A stretch of DNA of 64,000 nt from an uncultured Candidatus Saccharibacteria bacterium (lineage in GTDB: Bacteria; Patescibacteriota; Minisyncoccia; Phycocordibacterales; DSPV01). Below, in pieces: positions 47,357-57,609 of this stretch. A program made the translations under genes and the position numbers. Each line of letters starts with the position of its first letter. Position 1 is the stretch's first letter. The stretch lies in the NCBI GenBank assembly GCA_964617735.1, contig CAZTXT010000001.1, positions 395,589 through 459,588 of the forward strand. Direction: 5' to 3'. A model generated the notes under the pieces. It was not told where the DNA came from, searched no databases, and saw only the letters and a list, made by a program, of their open reading frames with translations.

Positions 47357-47740
47357 ATGTCTAAACACAAAGTGGTCCATTTTGAGATTCCTGCGTCGGA
47401 TTTCAAGAAGGCCAAGGATTTCTATAGCACGGTATTCGGCTGGAAGATGGATATGTGGGGAGACGAGTATCTAATGGCGACGACTACCGAGGTAGACAAG
47501 AATCAGACGCCAACGGAGCCGGGCGGTATCAACGGCGGTTTTTACAAGCGTCCATCGAAAAGTGCGCAGCCGTCCATCGTTGTAGAGACCGACTCGATAG
47601 AAAAGACCTTACAGGCTGCAGAAAAAGCAGGTGGTAAGGCGACTCGCAAGAAAAGCCCAATCGGCGACATGGGCTTTATGGCAGAATTTACGGATCCTGA
47701 TGGTAATGAGATTAGTCTTTGGGAAAACGCTAAGAAATAA
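47357..47740 (+). CDS. VOC family protein
   Basis: VVHFEIPA, FYSTVFGW, GINGG and FTDPDGN motifs. Confidence 0.85.
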   Translation: MSKHKVVHFEIPASDFKKAKDFYSTVFGWKMDMWGDEYLMATTTEVDKNQTPTEPGGINGGFYKRPSKSAQPSIVVETDSIEKTLQAAEKAGGKATRKKSPIGDMGFMAEFTDPDGNEISLWENAKK

Positions 47741-47744
47741 ATAT

Positions 47745-48086
47745 ATGAAGAAATTCATGGTTATCTATAAGGCCCCTGCCGGTGCATGGGAGCAGATGGC
47801 AGAGACTTCGCCTGAAGAGGCTAAGAAGGGGATGGAGGCGTGGATGATGTGGGCAAAGAAGTGCGGAAAGGGACTCGTCGATATGGGGACACCGCTGGGT
47901 AATGGCCATAAAGTCATGAAATCAGGCGGTATGTCCGTCGAGGATGGTGTTACCGGATATTCAGTGCTTCAGGCTAAGAACATGGAAGCCGCGCTCGATA
48001 TGCTTTCAGGACATCCGCATCTTATGCAGCCCTCGTGTGAGATAGAGGTATATGAATCGCTGCCGTTGCCCGGAAGTAATAGTTAA
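47745..48086 (+). CDS. YciI-like (DGPF-type) protein
   Basis: MKKFMVIY, AWMMW, VTGYSVLQA and HPHL motifs. Confidence 0.65.
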   Translation: MKKFMVIYKAPAGAWEQMAETSPEEAKKGMEAWMMWAKKCGKGLVDMGTPLGNGHKVMKSGGMSVEDGVTGYSVLQAKNMEAALDMLSGHPHLMQPSCEIEVYESLPLPGSNS

Positions 48087-48109
48087 TAATTAGTGGAAAA
48101 AAGTTTATC

Positions 48110-48541
48110 ATGCTTAAATCAAAGCTTGCTCCGTTCGTTCGGTTCAATGACGGTAAATGTCGCGAAGCAATGAACTTCTACAAAGGCATTTTCGGCGGAG
48201 AAGTCACCTTGATGACGGTGAAAGAGACTCCGATGGCGAAAGACATGGGTGCTGACAAACAAAACCTCATCATGCACTCGGAGCTGAAGTCTGGTCAGAT
48301 CATGTTTTCCGGTTCCGACATGATGCGCGACAAGGCAGTTATGGGAGATAACGTCGGTATGGCGCTTGAATGCCCGAATGAGAAAGAGCTCAAAGACATT
48401 TTCGCTAAGCTTTCAGAGGGCGGAGAGGTCTTTATGGCGCCGGAAGAGACTTTCTGGGGCGCGTTTTTCGGTATGGTTACGGACAAATACGGTGTCGAGT
48501 GGATGCTCAACTTCCAAAAGAATCCGCCTCCGAAGGGATAA
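48110..48541 (+). CDS. VOC family protein (PhnB/YjdN-like)
   Basis: EAMNFYKGIFGG, IMHSEL and ETFWGAFFGMVTDKYGVEW motifs. Confidence 0.85.
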   Translation: MLKSKLAPFVRFNDGKCREAMNFYKGIFGGEVTLMTVKETPMAKDMGADKQNLIMHSELKSGQIMFSGSDMMRDKAVMGDNVGMALECPNEKELKDIFAKLSEGGEVFMAPEETFWGAFFGMVTDKYGVEWMLNFQKNPPPKG

Positions 48542-48549
48542 AGGTCTCC

Positions 48550-48912
48550 ATGAGATGGATGTACCTGACGATAGTCTCGGGAATAACGGGTCTTGTCGTC
48601 GGATATTTTAGTTCTCATGCACTCGCTTTTCTCCAGTGGGGGAACATGCTTGTCTGGGGAGTGATCGGGATCGTCATTGGCTTCTTTTGTTCTGACCGAA
48701 CAACCTGTCTTTCGTCAGGGATCGCGTATGGGTTTCTCATGTCCCTGTCCTTTCTCATCACCGGATTCCAAGGGGCGAGCGACAAATTGCCCGGATTTAT
48801 CCTATTTTCTTTTGGATTGAGCGTTATTGGAGCTCTCGGAGGTCTCACATCGGTTTTTGTAGGTTTTTGGTTTGTTGAGAAGAGGTGGAAAAATGCAATG
48901 GAGAATAGTTGA
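48550..48912 (+). CDS. Small membrane protein
   Basis: Four Gly-rich hydrophobic helices. Confidence 0.55.
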   Translation: MRWMYLTIVSGITGLVVGYFSSHALAFLQWGNMLVWGVIGIVIGFFCSDRTTCLSSGIAYGFLMSLSFLITGFQGASDKLPGFILFSFGLSVIGALGGLTSVFVGFWFVEKRWKNAMENS

Positions 48913-48976
48913 TAGAGTGCTTGGCTCCTTCATGAGCGGTGCTATAATAGGACCTGTTATTAAATAAGAGCATATT

Positions 48977-49231
48977 ATGGCAAAAGCGAATTCAGCGTTT
49001 ATGAAGCCGATGAGCCTAAGCGCAGATCTTGAGGCAGTGGTTGGTAAGGGTCCGATGCCCCGCTCAGAAGTGGTTAAGGGATTGTGGGTGTATATCAAAA
49101 AGAACAATCTGCAGGATGAAAAGAATAAGCGGAATATCAACGCTGACGACAAGCTCAAGAAGATCTTCGATGGAAAGGCGATGGTCAATATGTTCGAGAT
49201 GACAAAACTCGTCTCAAAGCATCTCTCCTAA
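48977..49231 (+). CDS. Stand-alone SWIB/MDM2-domain protein
   Basis: LSADLEAVVG..PRSEVVKGLWVYIKKNNLQD..NKRNINADDKL..MFEMTK. Confidence 0.9.
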   Translation: MAKANSAFMKPMSLSADLEAVVGKGPMPRSEVVKGLWVYIKKNNLQDEKNKRNINADDKLKKIFDGKAMVNMFEMTKLVSKHLS

Positions 49232-49288
49232 GGTTTGATTGGTCGGGACACAAAAGCGCCCTAGGGGCGCTTTTGTTATACTGGCGGG

Positions 49289-49606
49289 ATGAAGACGTTT
49301 AGCGAGCGGGTTTTAGAATGCGCACTCTCGATCCCTTCGGGCAGAGTTACGACCTACGGCCGTATCGCGCGTGCCGCTGGGGCGGGTCCAATGGCTTCTC
49401 AAAGTATCACGGCGGTGCTTGGCAAAGCGTACAATTCTGGTATCCGTAATATCCCGTTCCATCGCATCGTCTACGCTGACGGGAGCATTTGGGTCAGTCC
49501 TTCGCACCGAAAGAAACGCTTGGCGCTCTACAAGAAGGAAGGGATCAAGGTAGACAAAAACGGTAGGATCAAGGATTTTCGAAAGATCGTGCATGAATTC
49601 ACGTAG
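49289..49606 (+). CDS. Alkyltransferase-like (ATL/MGMT family) DNA-binding protein
   Basis: IPSGRVTTYGRIA; PFHRIV in place of the catalytic PCHRV. Confidence 0.8.
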   Translation: MKTFSERVLECALSIPSGRVTTYGRIARAAGAGPMASQSITAVLGKAYNSGIRNIPFHRIVYADGSIWVSPSHRKKRLALYKKEGIKVDKNGRIKDFRKIVHEFT

Positions 49607-49747
49607 TCTTCATCGATACTGTGACACTTCATGACGCCTTAGTCAGTACGTTGCAGACTAGGGTTTTTCGTATTTTTTGCTGATGAGGGATGGTTATATT
49701 TTTATAGTGCTTCGCATAAGCACGTTATTAATCTCATCATCATTAAT

Positions 49748-50203
49748 ATGACGTTAAGCAAAAAAATACAATGGTTCCTGATCTTTAGCGTGCTGACCAT
49801 CTTCTCCGTCTCTCTCGTCGATAATATAACGGGTGTGAGCACCCAAAAAGTGCTTGCGGATACGATCAGCAACGATGCGGGACTCAAAAATTCGAAGAAG
49901 TTCGTGGTAGTACAGAACGACTCTGACGCGTCGCAAGGGTTTTTGCAGAGATTATCGAATTTCCTCGGTAAGGATATGCTCTGTGCTATCAGTGAAGAGC
50001 AGTACGCGGCGTTGAGCGCCCAATTTCAAACGAGCACCGATACGTTGACCGTCGATGGGGAGCCGGTTTCGGTGGTTAAAGTCTCGGGTGACGGCCTCCA
50101 AGCCACACAATTAAAAGATCTCGTAAGCCCGAGTGATGTGCACTGCAAGGTTATCAAGTCGAATAATATCTTCTATCTGCTTGCGGGCTTCCAGATAAGT
50201 TAA
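49748..50203 (+). CDS. Exported hypothetical protein
   Basis: Signal/TM N-terminus; 9 bp upstream of the glycosyltransferase. Confidence 0.55.
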   Translation: MTLSKKIQWFLIFSVLTIFSVSLVDNITGVSTQKVLADTISNDAGLKNSKKFVVVQNDSDASQGFLQRLSNFLGKDMLCAISEEQYAALSAQFQTSTDTLTVDGEPVSVVKVSGDGLQATQLKDLVSPSDVHCKVIKSNNIFYLLAGFQIS

Positions 50204-50212
50204 TGAGAGAAT

Positions 50213-51508
50213 ATGGAAGGCCTTGCGGCGAGCTTTCGTCCCTCGCGTTCACAATTGTTGGCGCAGCGGGCGCTCTATTGTGTGTTGTTCGTATTCCTCT
50301 TCGGATCGATCGCGCTCTTTGTAGTCAACGGCCTCGGCTATCTGAAGCAGGTTTGGGAGTGGTATAACCGAGCATACCTCGCGACCCTGCTTGTCTATAC
50401 ATGGTTTACCATGGCACTCCTTTTCTATAGCGAGTCGAAGCGGGTCAGCTATCCGGCATACGAAGATGAGAAAATAGCGGTTATCATGCCCTGCTTCAAT
50501 GAGTCGGGTGATCTGCTCAAACGCTCTGTGGAGTCGGTGATCGCGGCACGAGGAAACAAGCAGATACTCATCATCGACGATGGTTCGACGAACGATACCA
50601 AACAATACCTCCAGGAGCTTTCGGAAAAGCATCGGATATTCTACTGTTCGTTTCCAGAGAACAAGGGGAAGCGGCATGCGCTCCATTACGCCGTGACCCA
50701 ATTGGTTCGGGATTGCGATTTTGTCGTTACGATTGACAGTGACACTGTGCTCGACCCCGATGCACTGGTGAGAGTCGTCGAGCCCCTTAAAGTTCCTGCC
50801 ATTGGCGCTTCGACGGGCGATGTTCTGCTTCTGAATGAAAAGCAGAATTGGCTGACGCGGATGATCGGCTCATATTACTGGATCGGATTGCATATTTATA
50901 AAAAGGCACAGTCATCCTTGGGCATGGTGGTTTGCTGCAGCGGTTGTCTTGCCGCGTACCGCACGGAAGTGGTGATGAAGATCATCGACGCATTCGTCAA
51001 TCAGGAATTTTTCGGAGAGAAATGTACCCATTCGGAGGATCGCCATCTTACCAATCTAGTCCTGCAGAACGGTCTTGATGTCGTATTTGTTCCCGAAGCG
51101 ATAAGCCATACGGAAACGCCGGCGACGATCCGAGGATTCTTGAAACAGCAGCAGCGGTGGAAGCGAGGGTACATTCGCGAGTCGCTCTACACGCTCGCGT
51201 ACTCCTGGAGGATAAAGCCGCTGCTCTTCTTGCAGATACTGCTCTGGGACCTCACCATACCGTTCCTATCGATCGGGCTGATGCTCGCACTCCTTGTTTC
51301 CGTGATCACACAGCCGCTGTTCTTTTTGACCGCCATTCTACCGTCCTGGATCGCCTTCATGATCGTCCGCTATATGCCGATATTCATGCGTCAGCGCAGC
51401 AAGATATTCGGTTTATTCGTTTATCTCTTCTTCTACGATATATTCCTCTATTGGCAGAGCATTTATGCGCTCTTCACGGTAAAAAACAAGAGTTGGATAA
51501 CGCGCTGA
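50213..51508 (+). CDS. Processive GT2 glycosyltransferase (hyaluronan synthase/NodC-like)
   Basis: DDGS, GKRHA, IDSD, CCSGCLAAYR, EDRHLT and QQQRW motifs; multiple TM helices. Confidence 0.8.
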   Translation: MEGLAASFRPSRSQLLAQRALYCVLFVFLFGSIALFVVNGLGYLKQVWEWYNRAYLATLLVYTWFTMALLFYSESKRVSYPAYEDEKIAVIMPCFNESGDLLKRSVESVIAARGNKQILIIDDGSTNDTKQYLQELSEKHRIFYCSFPENKGKRHALHYAVTQLVRDCDFVVTIDSDTVLDPDALVRVVEPLKVPAIGASTGDVLLLNEKQNWLTRMIGSYYWIGLHIYKKAQSSLGMVVCCSGCLAAYRTEVVMKIIDAFVNQEFFGEKCTHSEDRHLTNLVLQNGLDVVFVPEAISHTETPATIRGFLKQQQRWKRGYIRESLYTLAYSWRIKPLLFLQILLWDLTIPFLSIGLMLALLVSVITQPLFFLTAILPSWIAFMIVRYMPIFMRQRSKIFGLFVYLFFYDIFLYWQSIYALFTVKNKSWITR

Positions 51509-51538
51509 AAAAGAACCCCCTCGGAGAGGGGGTTTACG

Positions 51539-51925
51539 TTATGGTGACTGCACGGTCTTGAGCACTGGCCGGGATGGAAGAGAAAGTGCAGGCCGCTCTT
51601 CGCCCGCGTACGGGATGTGTTCCGTTTGCCCTACCGGACTGATGTAGAAATCTATCGGCAGCACGCGGAAGTCGGACTTTTGGGTCGAACAGACTTTGAG
51701 TTTTTGATAATCTTCCCGCGTATACCAGCCGGATATCGGATTGGCTGTGGGTGACGTCGCATAGCGGGTATTGAATACCAGCAGCACGTCCTTCCACCAG
51801 CCCGATTTCCCGTGCACGGGGCGTTTGATTGTCTCTCCACTCATACGGAACTCGGTCACTGTTTGCTCCTGGTCATCGCGGAAGAACAGTTGTGGCTTTA
51901 TCAGATACTTCGTTATTCTATTCAT
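51539..51925 (-). CDS. Hypothetical protein
   Basis: TTGACT/TATAGT promoter and AGAAAGGA SD; shared terminator at about 51513-51535. Confidence 0.5.
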   Translation of the reverse strand: MNRITKYLIKPQLFFRDDQEQTVTEFRMSGETIKRPVHGKSGWWKDVLLVFNTRYATSPTANPISGWYTREDYQKLKVCSTQKSDFRVLPIDFYISPVGQTEHIPYAGEERPALSLPSRPVLKTVQSP

Positions 51926-52002
51926 GGGTTCTATTTCCTTTCTGGCAGAACTATAATCGTTAGGATCATTTAGTCAATGGTATACTTTTCTTATTGAAGT
52001 GT

Positions 52003-52563
52003 ATGGCCCACCATCGTCACTCGTATCGAAAATTAGGTCGAGATATCGTGATCATCGCACTGAGCATCGTTCTCGCCGTGTATCTGGTGAGCAGTGGAGT
52101 TTTGGAGCGGCTGTTCTCAATATCGCAAGAGCTCAATTACATCGCTGCCTTCATCACCGGCATCTTCTTCACGTCGGTTCTTACGATGGCGGTTGCAGCG
52201 GTCTCTTTCGTCAAGATCGCTCCGACGATGCCTCCATTCATCCTCGCGCTCTATGGCGCTCTCGGCGCGGTTATCGGTGATGCGATCATCTTTTTCTTCG
52301 TTAAAGATGCGCTTGCGGAAGATGTCATGGAATTGATTAAAGCATCGGGTTTCAGAAGGTACCTCTCGATATTTAGGCTCCGTCTCTTTCGGTGGCTTTT
52401 GCCGCTTTTAGGGGCGCTTATCCTCGCGTCTCCTATCTCCGATGAGCTGGGGCTTGCGCTCATGGGGCTCTCGAAGGTAAGACCCTGGGTCGTTCTCTCT
52501 TTTGCGTTCGTTTTGAATTTTATTGGCATATTCGCGATAGCCGTCGCCGTCCGCGGCTTCTGA
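52003..52563 (+). CDS. Membrane protein (VTT/DedA-like)
   Basis: GALGAVIGD and ASPISDELG motifs; five TM helices. Confidence 0.6.
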   Translation: MAHHRHSYRKLGRDIVIIALSIVLAVYLVSSGVLERLFSISQELNYIAAFITGIFFTSVLTMAVAAVSFVKIAPTMPPFILALYGALGAVIGDAIIFFFVKDALAEDVMELIKASGFRRYLSIFRLRLFRWLLPLLGALILASPISDELGLALMGLSKVRPWVVLSFAFVLNFIGIFAIAVAVRGF

Positions 52564-52565
52564 TC

Positions 52566-53678
52566 ATGGGCATACGGATAATCATATTCATATTCGTTGC
52601 GACATTGCTCCTTTTGGGTTTGCACTATCTGTTGTTCTTAACCTACATCCAGTTTTTTCCACTGCTCTGGTCGTTCTCGAGGACTCACGTCTTTATCGCT
52701 CTTTTAGCGCTATCGTTGTCGTATCTGCTAGCGATGCTTATCTCCCATCGGTGGGAGAATCTGTTCACGAGGGTCTTTTATTTTCTCGCAGCTTTCTGGC
52801 TCGGCGTCATGATAGAGCTTCTTATGGTTGGGGTCGTTGCCCTGATACTCATGGATGGTGCGCAGGTTCTCTTTTCTTCGCTTTCGTCAGAAGTCTTTGG
52901 TATAGCGGCGCTTCTCGTCGCACTCTCGCTCTCGGGTTATGGCGTATTCTCTGCGCTTAACCCGCGCGTGCGCTCCCTAGTCGTTTCCATCGCTGGTTTG
53001 CCCGATCACTGGAGGGGGAAGCGGATCGTCCATATATCCGATATCCATCTTGGCCCCATCCATCACATCGGCTTTTTGAGGAAGATTGTCGCGCTGATCA
53101 ATGGTCTCGACTCAGCATGCGTTTTTATCACGGGGGATCTTTTTGATGGCGCTGATCACAACCTCTCCGATGCAGTCGCGCCGCTCAATGACATACAAGC
53201 CCACCAAGGGGTTTACTTCATCACCGGAAATCACGAAACCTATCTTGGGGTAGAGAAAGCCTACGCGGCGCTTTCGAAGACGACCGTGCGGGTGCTCAAA
53301 GACGAAGTTATCGATCTCGACGGCATCGCGCTGATCGGTATCAGTTATCCCGGTGCAATGGAGACTAAGGATGTCCCCGCGGTTCTCAAGAAGCTTTCAC
53401 CGTCATTTGCAGGGAAGCCCAACATTTTGCTTTTCCATGCGCCGGTTTCGGTGGATGAGATAAAGCATCTCGGGGTGACGCTCGAGCTCTGTGGCCATAC
53501 GCACCAGGGACAGCTATTTCCGTTCGGCTCTATCGCAAACGCAGTCTACAAAGGCTATGCCTATGGCCTCCATAGCTACAAAGATTTCTCGATCTATACA
53601 TCATGCGGCGTTGGTACCTGGGGGCCGCCGATGCGGATCGGAAGCCGATCCGAAGTGGTCGTGATCGAATTGCGCTGA
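52566..53678 (+). CDS. Membrane-bound metallophosphoesterase (YkuE-like)
   Basis: SDIH, TGDLFD, GNHE, GHTHQGQ and GTWGPPMR motifs. Confidence 0.88.
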   Translation: MGIRIIIFIFVATLLLLGLHYLLFLTYIQFFPLLWSFSRTHVFIALLALSLSYLLAMLISHRWENLFTRVFYFLAAFWLGVMIELLMVGVVALILMDGAQVLFSSLSSEVFGIAALLVALSLSGYGVFSALNPRVRSLVVSIAGLPDHWRGKRIVHISDIHLGPIHHIGFLRKIVALINGLDSACVFITGDLFDGADHNLSDAVAPLNDIQAHQGVYFITGNHETYLGVEKAYAALSKTTVRVLKDEVIDLDGIALIGISYPGAMETKDVPAVLKKLSPSFAGKPNILLFHAPVSVDEIKHLGVTLELCGHTHQGQLFPFGSIANAVYKGYAYGLHSYKDFSIYTSCGVGTWGPPMRIGSRSEVVVIELR

Positions 53679-53769
53679 CCTCACGCTCTCACAAGGCCTC
53701 TGCGCGTCCAGTTGACCATTCTTGAATGGTACCGTATTATCTAAGGACCTCCGCGGAGGTATTTTTTTT

Positions 53770-55557
53770 ATGCAGATCAGAAATATCGCTATTATCGCCC
53801 ACGTAGATCACGGCAAAACCACGCTTACCGACGCACTCCTGCGACAGGCCGGCGTCGCCGAGGAGGGGATCTCGATGGATTCGAACGCGCTCGAGCTTGA
53901 GCGTGGCATTACGATCTATTCGAAGAATGCCGCGCTTTTCTATAAAGGCACGAAAATAAATATCGTTGACACACCCGGTCACGCGGATTTCGGTTCAGAA
54001 GTCGAGCGTGTATTGCGCGCTATCGACTCAGTCCTTTTGGTCGTGGATGCGCAAGAAGGGCCGATGCCGCAGACTCGTTTTGTGCTCAAGAAATCCCTTG
54101 AGCTCGGGCTCAAACCCATCGTGGTGATTAATAAGATAGACAAACCCGCAGCGGATCCGCATAGAGCGGAGGAGGAGGTGCTCGAGCTTTTTTTGGAACT
54201 CGGCGCTTCGGAAGCCCAGGCGGATTTTCCCGTGGTCTATACGATCGGCAGAGAAGGGATCGCTAAACTCAAGATCTCTGACGAGTCGAAAGATCTGACG
54301 CCACTATTTGAGACGATCCTCCGCCATGTGCCTGACGCGGATCGTGCTGCGGATGTGGCATTGCGTTTCCAACCGTTCAACCTTGCGTACGATAATTTCC
54401 TGGGTCGGCTCGCTGTGGGGAGGGTTTACGAGGGTTCGGTCAAGGCAGGGCAGCAGGTTTTCATCAAAAAGCCCAACGGAGAGGAGAGGTCAGGAAAGAT
54501 AACGAAGCTCTTCACCTTCAAGGGACTGCAGCGGATCGAAGCCGAAACCGCCCTTCCGGGCGATATCGTGCTCATCGCCGGACTTCCTGACATCTACATT
54601 GGCGAGACGGTCACAACTGATCCGAATGCAAAACCCCTCCCGGCTATTGCGGTGGATGAACCAACGATCAGTCTTAATTTTTTGGTGAACAACTCTCCAT
54701 TCGGAGGCAAGGAAGGGAAGTTCGTGACTTCCCGCCAGCTGCGCGAGCGCCTCGAGCGCGAACTTGAGGTCAATGTGGGTCTCAAGGTCGATTTTTCCGC
54801 CGCTGATAAATTCGCTGTCTCGGGCCGCGGCGAGCTTCATATCGCGATCCTCCTGGAGAATATGCGACGCGAAGGATATGAATTGCAAGTCTCCCAGCCC
54901 ACCGTCATCGTGCACGAGACGAACGGGGTAAAGACCGAACCGTTCGAAGAGGTCATTGTCGACATGCCCTCCGAATATCAAGGCGCGATCATCGAACGCT
55001 TAGGCGCGCGCAGTTTCGTCATGCAGAATATGCACACTCACGGCAAATCCGTGCGTTTGATCTTTCAAGGCCCAACGCGGGGTCTTCTGGGGTATCGCAA
55101 TCAATTCATCATCGATACGAAAGGGGAAGGGATACTGTCTTCGCGTGTCGTAGGGTTCTTCCCGTACGCGGGCGATATCAAACGTCGCGCAGTAGGCTCG
55201 ATGATCTCGATGGCGGCAGGCAAGGCGCTCGGGTTTTCTCTGTGGAATCTGCAAGAGCGTGGCGTGCTCTATATCTCTCCGGGAACGGAAGTCTATGAAG
55301 GGATGGTCATCGGTAACACGTCAAAGGGCGAAGAAATGACGGTCAATCCCACAAAAGGCAAACAACTCACGAACATGCGTGCTTCCGGTTCCGATGAAGC
55401 TATCGATCTTGTCCCGCCGTTCCTTTTGACCATCGAGCGTGGCCTTGAGATCATGGCGGAGGACGAATATCTTGAGATAACGCCGGAGAGCGTCCGCTTA
55501 CGCAAGCAGTTCTTGACCGAGATAGACCGCTCCCGTGCCCGCAGAAAGAGTGCGTAA
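53770..55557 (+). CDS. typA: Translational GTPase TypA/BipA
   Basis: [30 protein letters not shown] and [10 protein letters not shown] motifs. Confidence 0.96.
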   Translation: MQIRNIAIIAHVDHGKTTLTDALLRQAGVAEEGISMDSNALELERGITIYSKNAALFYKGTKINIVDTPGHADFGSEVERVLRAIDSVLLVVDAQEGPMPQTRFVLKKSLELGLKPIVVINKIDKPAADPHRAEEEVLELFLELGASEAQADFPVVYTIGREGIAKLKISDESKDLTPLFETILRHVPDADRAADVALRFQPFNLAYDNFLGRLAVGRVYEGSVKAGQQVFIKKPNGEERSGKITKLFTFKGLQRIEAETALPGDIVLIAGLPDIYIGETVTTDPNAKPLPAIAVDEPTISLNFLVNNSPFGGKEGKFVTSRQLRERLERELEVNVGLKVDFSAADKFAVSGRGELHIAILLENMRREGYELQVSQPTVIVHETNGVKTEPFEEVIVDMPSEYQGAIIERLGARSFVMQNMHTHGKSVRLIFQGPTRGLLGYRNQFIIDTKGEGILSSRVVGFFPYAGDIKRRAVGSMISMAAGKALGFSLWNLQERGVLYISPGTEVYEGMVIGNTSKGEEMTVNPTKGKQLTNMRASGSDEAIDLVPPFLLTIERGLEIMAEDEYLEITPESVRLRKQFLTEIDRSRARRKSA

Positions 55558-55593
55558 GTATTTTTCATAAAAAAAGATAGTCCGGGGTGTATA

Positions 55594-56541
55594 ATGGCCG
55601 CAATGAAAGCGGCACAGATACGTGAATACGGAGGAAAATCGGTTGTGAGCATTGACCTCAATGCGGCGGAACCCAAGCTCCTCAACGGCTCTCTGCTTGT
55701 TGCCGTCCGTGCCGCGAGCGTCAACCCATTCGATTGGAAGGTACGGGAAGGCTTAGTCAGTACGGTGATGCCGCTTCAGTTGCCCGCCACTCTTGGGGGA
55801 GATTTTTCGGGAGTGGTGATCGATGTCGGGGAAGGTGTCAGTAGTTTTAAGAAAGGAGATTCCGTCTATGGGCAAGCGAGCGTATTCGGAGGAAATTCAG
55901 GCGCGTTCGCAGAGCGGTTGGTGGTAAAAGCCGGCAATGTCGGGCACAAACCGGAGGCCGCCTCTTATAACGAAGCGGCGGCTCTGGTTCTCACCGGGGT
56001 AAGTGCTCTGCAAGCGTTGACCGAACATCTTACGCTCTCCAAAGGTCAGAGAATACTAATACACGGAGGAGCGGGAGGGATCGGCACCCATGCGATACCG
56101 CTTGCGAAATACCTCGGTGCTTTTGTTGCGACGACTGCGAGTGCCGGCGATCTCGACTATGTGCAGAAACTCGGTGCAGATCAGGTGATCGATTACACCA
56201 AAGAAAGGTTTGCGGATGTCCTCCATGATTATGATGCGGTATATGACACTGTCGGAGGGGAGACGTATCGGGAGTCATTTACGGTGCTCAAACCGGGCGG
56301 CATTCTGGTCTCGATGGTAGAGAAGCCCGATCAAGGATTGATGGAGCGCTATCATGTGAAAGCGATCGGCCAGGCGACTTTCGTTAATACTGAGCGACTA
56401 CGGAAGCTCGCAAGCCTCTTTGATCAGAGAGTTCTTCAGACCCATATTGATAGCGTATTTCCAATTGAAGCTGCCGCTGAAGCGATCGAGTATGTAAAGA
56501 CCGGGCATCCACGGGGAAAGGTTGTTATTGCTGTTAGCTGA
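55594..56541 (+). CDS. NADP-dependent oxidoreductase (MDR/quinone reductase family)
   Basis: AASVNPFD, ILIHGGAGGIG and GHPRGKVVI motifs. Confidence 0.88.
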   Translation: MAAMKAAQIREYGGKSVVSIDLNAAEPKLLNGSLLVAVRAASVNPFDWKVREGLVSTVMPLQLPATLGGDFSGVVIDVGEGVSSFKKGDSVYGQASVFGGNSGAFAERLVVKAGNVGHKPEAASYNEAAALVLTGVSALQALTEHLTLSKGQRILIHGGAGGIGTHAIPLAKYLGAFVATTASAGDLDYVQKLGADQVIDYTKERFADVLHDYDAVYDTVGGETYRESFTVLKPGGILVSMVEKPDQGLMERYHVKAIGQATFVNTERLRKLASLFDQRVLQTHIDSVFPIEAAAEAIEYVKTGHPRGKVVIAVS

Positions 56542-56599
56542 TTTATCCACACCGTTCGTTTGAGAGATTTCTCGGGTGTTTTACACTGTTGTCATAGGT

Positions 56600-56721
56600 C
56601 CGCATGAGGCTTACGGGAGTCTGCCTCTGCGGTTGTTAGGACTGGTATAGTCGAGAAGTGAGTCTCGACTATCGTGGGGGTTAGGGTTGCGCGCGGTGGT
56701 TAACGCGCGCAACCCATTTTT
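56600..56721 (+). ncRNA. Candidate three-hairpin small transcript with Cys-rich micro-ORF
   Basis: TACACT -10 upstream; three stems ending in a 12-bp GC terminator; ORF MRLTGVCLCGC at 56604-56639. Confidence 0.45.
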
Positions 56722-56745
56722 CTTTGTCTCGGTTACAATGAGGAT

Positions 56746-57585
56746 ATGCTGTTTCTTATCCCACTCTTCTTCATCCAATCAGCGCCCGCCCCTTTGGTTA
56801 GAGATGCGAGAGTGGTGAGTGTCATCCCGGAGCACCCTATCCAGGGCGAGCCGATCCTGGTTGCTCTTTTGGGTGGTCAACCGGAGCGTGTATCCATCGC
56901 AAGCACTAGCCTCCCGACGTTCCTTTTCCACGGCACTCCCCACGCGCTCTATGGTTTTGATTTGCGGCAGAAACCCGGTTCTTATACCATCTTAGTCCGA
57001 TTCCCCGACGGCGGGATCGCGACGCAAACCATTACCCTCTATCCTCGACGGGAAGAAAAAGTTCCACTCTCAATCCCGCAAAAGCTGGGTGGTAATACAC
57101 CTCAGAGCCAACAGCATCTGGTCAGCACGCTCGCGCAAGAGAATGCGGCTCTTCTAGGACTGCGTACCAGCTCGAAGTCTTTCTGGACTGAAGCGTTCGG
57201 CTGGCCGCTTTCTTCCATTACGATCACCGACCCCTACGGCTACCTCCGCCAGACGGGTGCCTATACGATAGCGCACCGCGGGACCGATTTCCGGGCGGCG
57301 AAGGGCGAGCCAGTCCTTGCTATGAACCGTGGTGTGGTTCGCATGACCCGGGAGTTCCGCAATTACGGTAAGACGGTTGTTATCGACCATGGTCTGGGCG
57401 TCCAGACCCTTTACCTCCATCTCTCGCGCATCCGGGTCAATGTCGGCGAGCTCGTAGCGAAAGGTCAGCTCATCGGAAATTCCGGAGACACGGGGTACGC
57501 TGAGCACCCGCATCTTCATGTCAGCGTGCGGATACGGGGAATCTCGATAGATCCAGTCGTTTTTCTTTCATTATTTAAAAAATAA
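56746..57585 (+). CDS. M23 family metallopeptidase
   Basis: HRGTD, YLHLS and PHLH motifs. Confidence 0.88.
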   Translation: MLFLIPLFFIQSAPAPLVRDARVVSVIPEHPIQGEPILVALLGGQPERVSIASTSLPTFLFHGTPHALYGFDLRQKPGSYTILVRFPDGGIATQTITLYPRREEKVPLSIPQKLGGNTPQSQQHLVSTLAQENAALLGLRTSSKSFWTEAFGWPLSSITITDPYGYLRQTGAYTIAHRGTDFRAAKGEPVLAMNRGVVRMTREFRNYGKTVVIDHGLGVQTLYLHLSRIRVNVGELVAKGQLIGNSGDTGYAEHPHLHVSVRIRGISIDPVVFLSLFKK

Positions 57586-57609
57586 TCTCGCGCAGGATAT
57601 AATGCGGGT

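Noticed and set aside
38226-49606. Integron cassette array
   Set aside because: No recognisable attC sites (RYYYAAC...GTTRRRY) and no integrase.
38850-56552. DnaA-box matches (TGTGGATAA near 38850, TTATCCACA near 56544) as a replication origin
   Set aside because: Isolated single boxes, with no cluster, DUE or dnaA/dnaN in the window.
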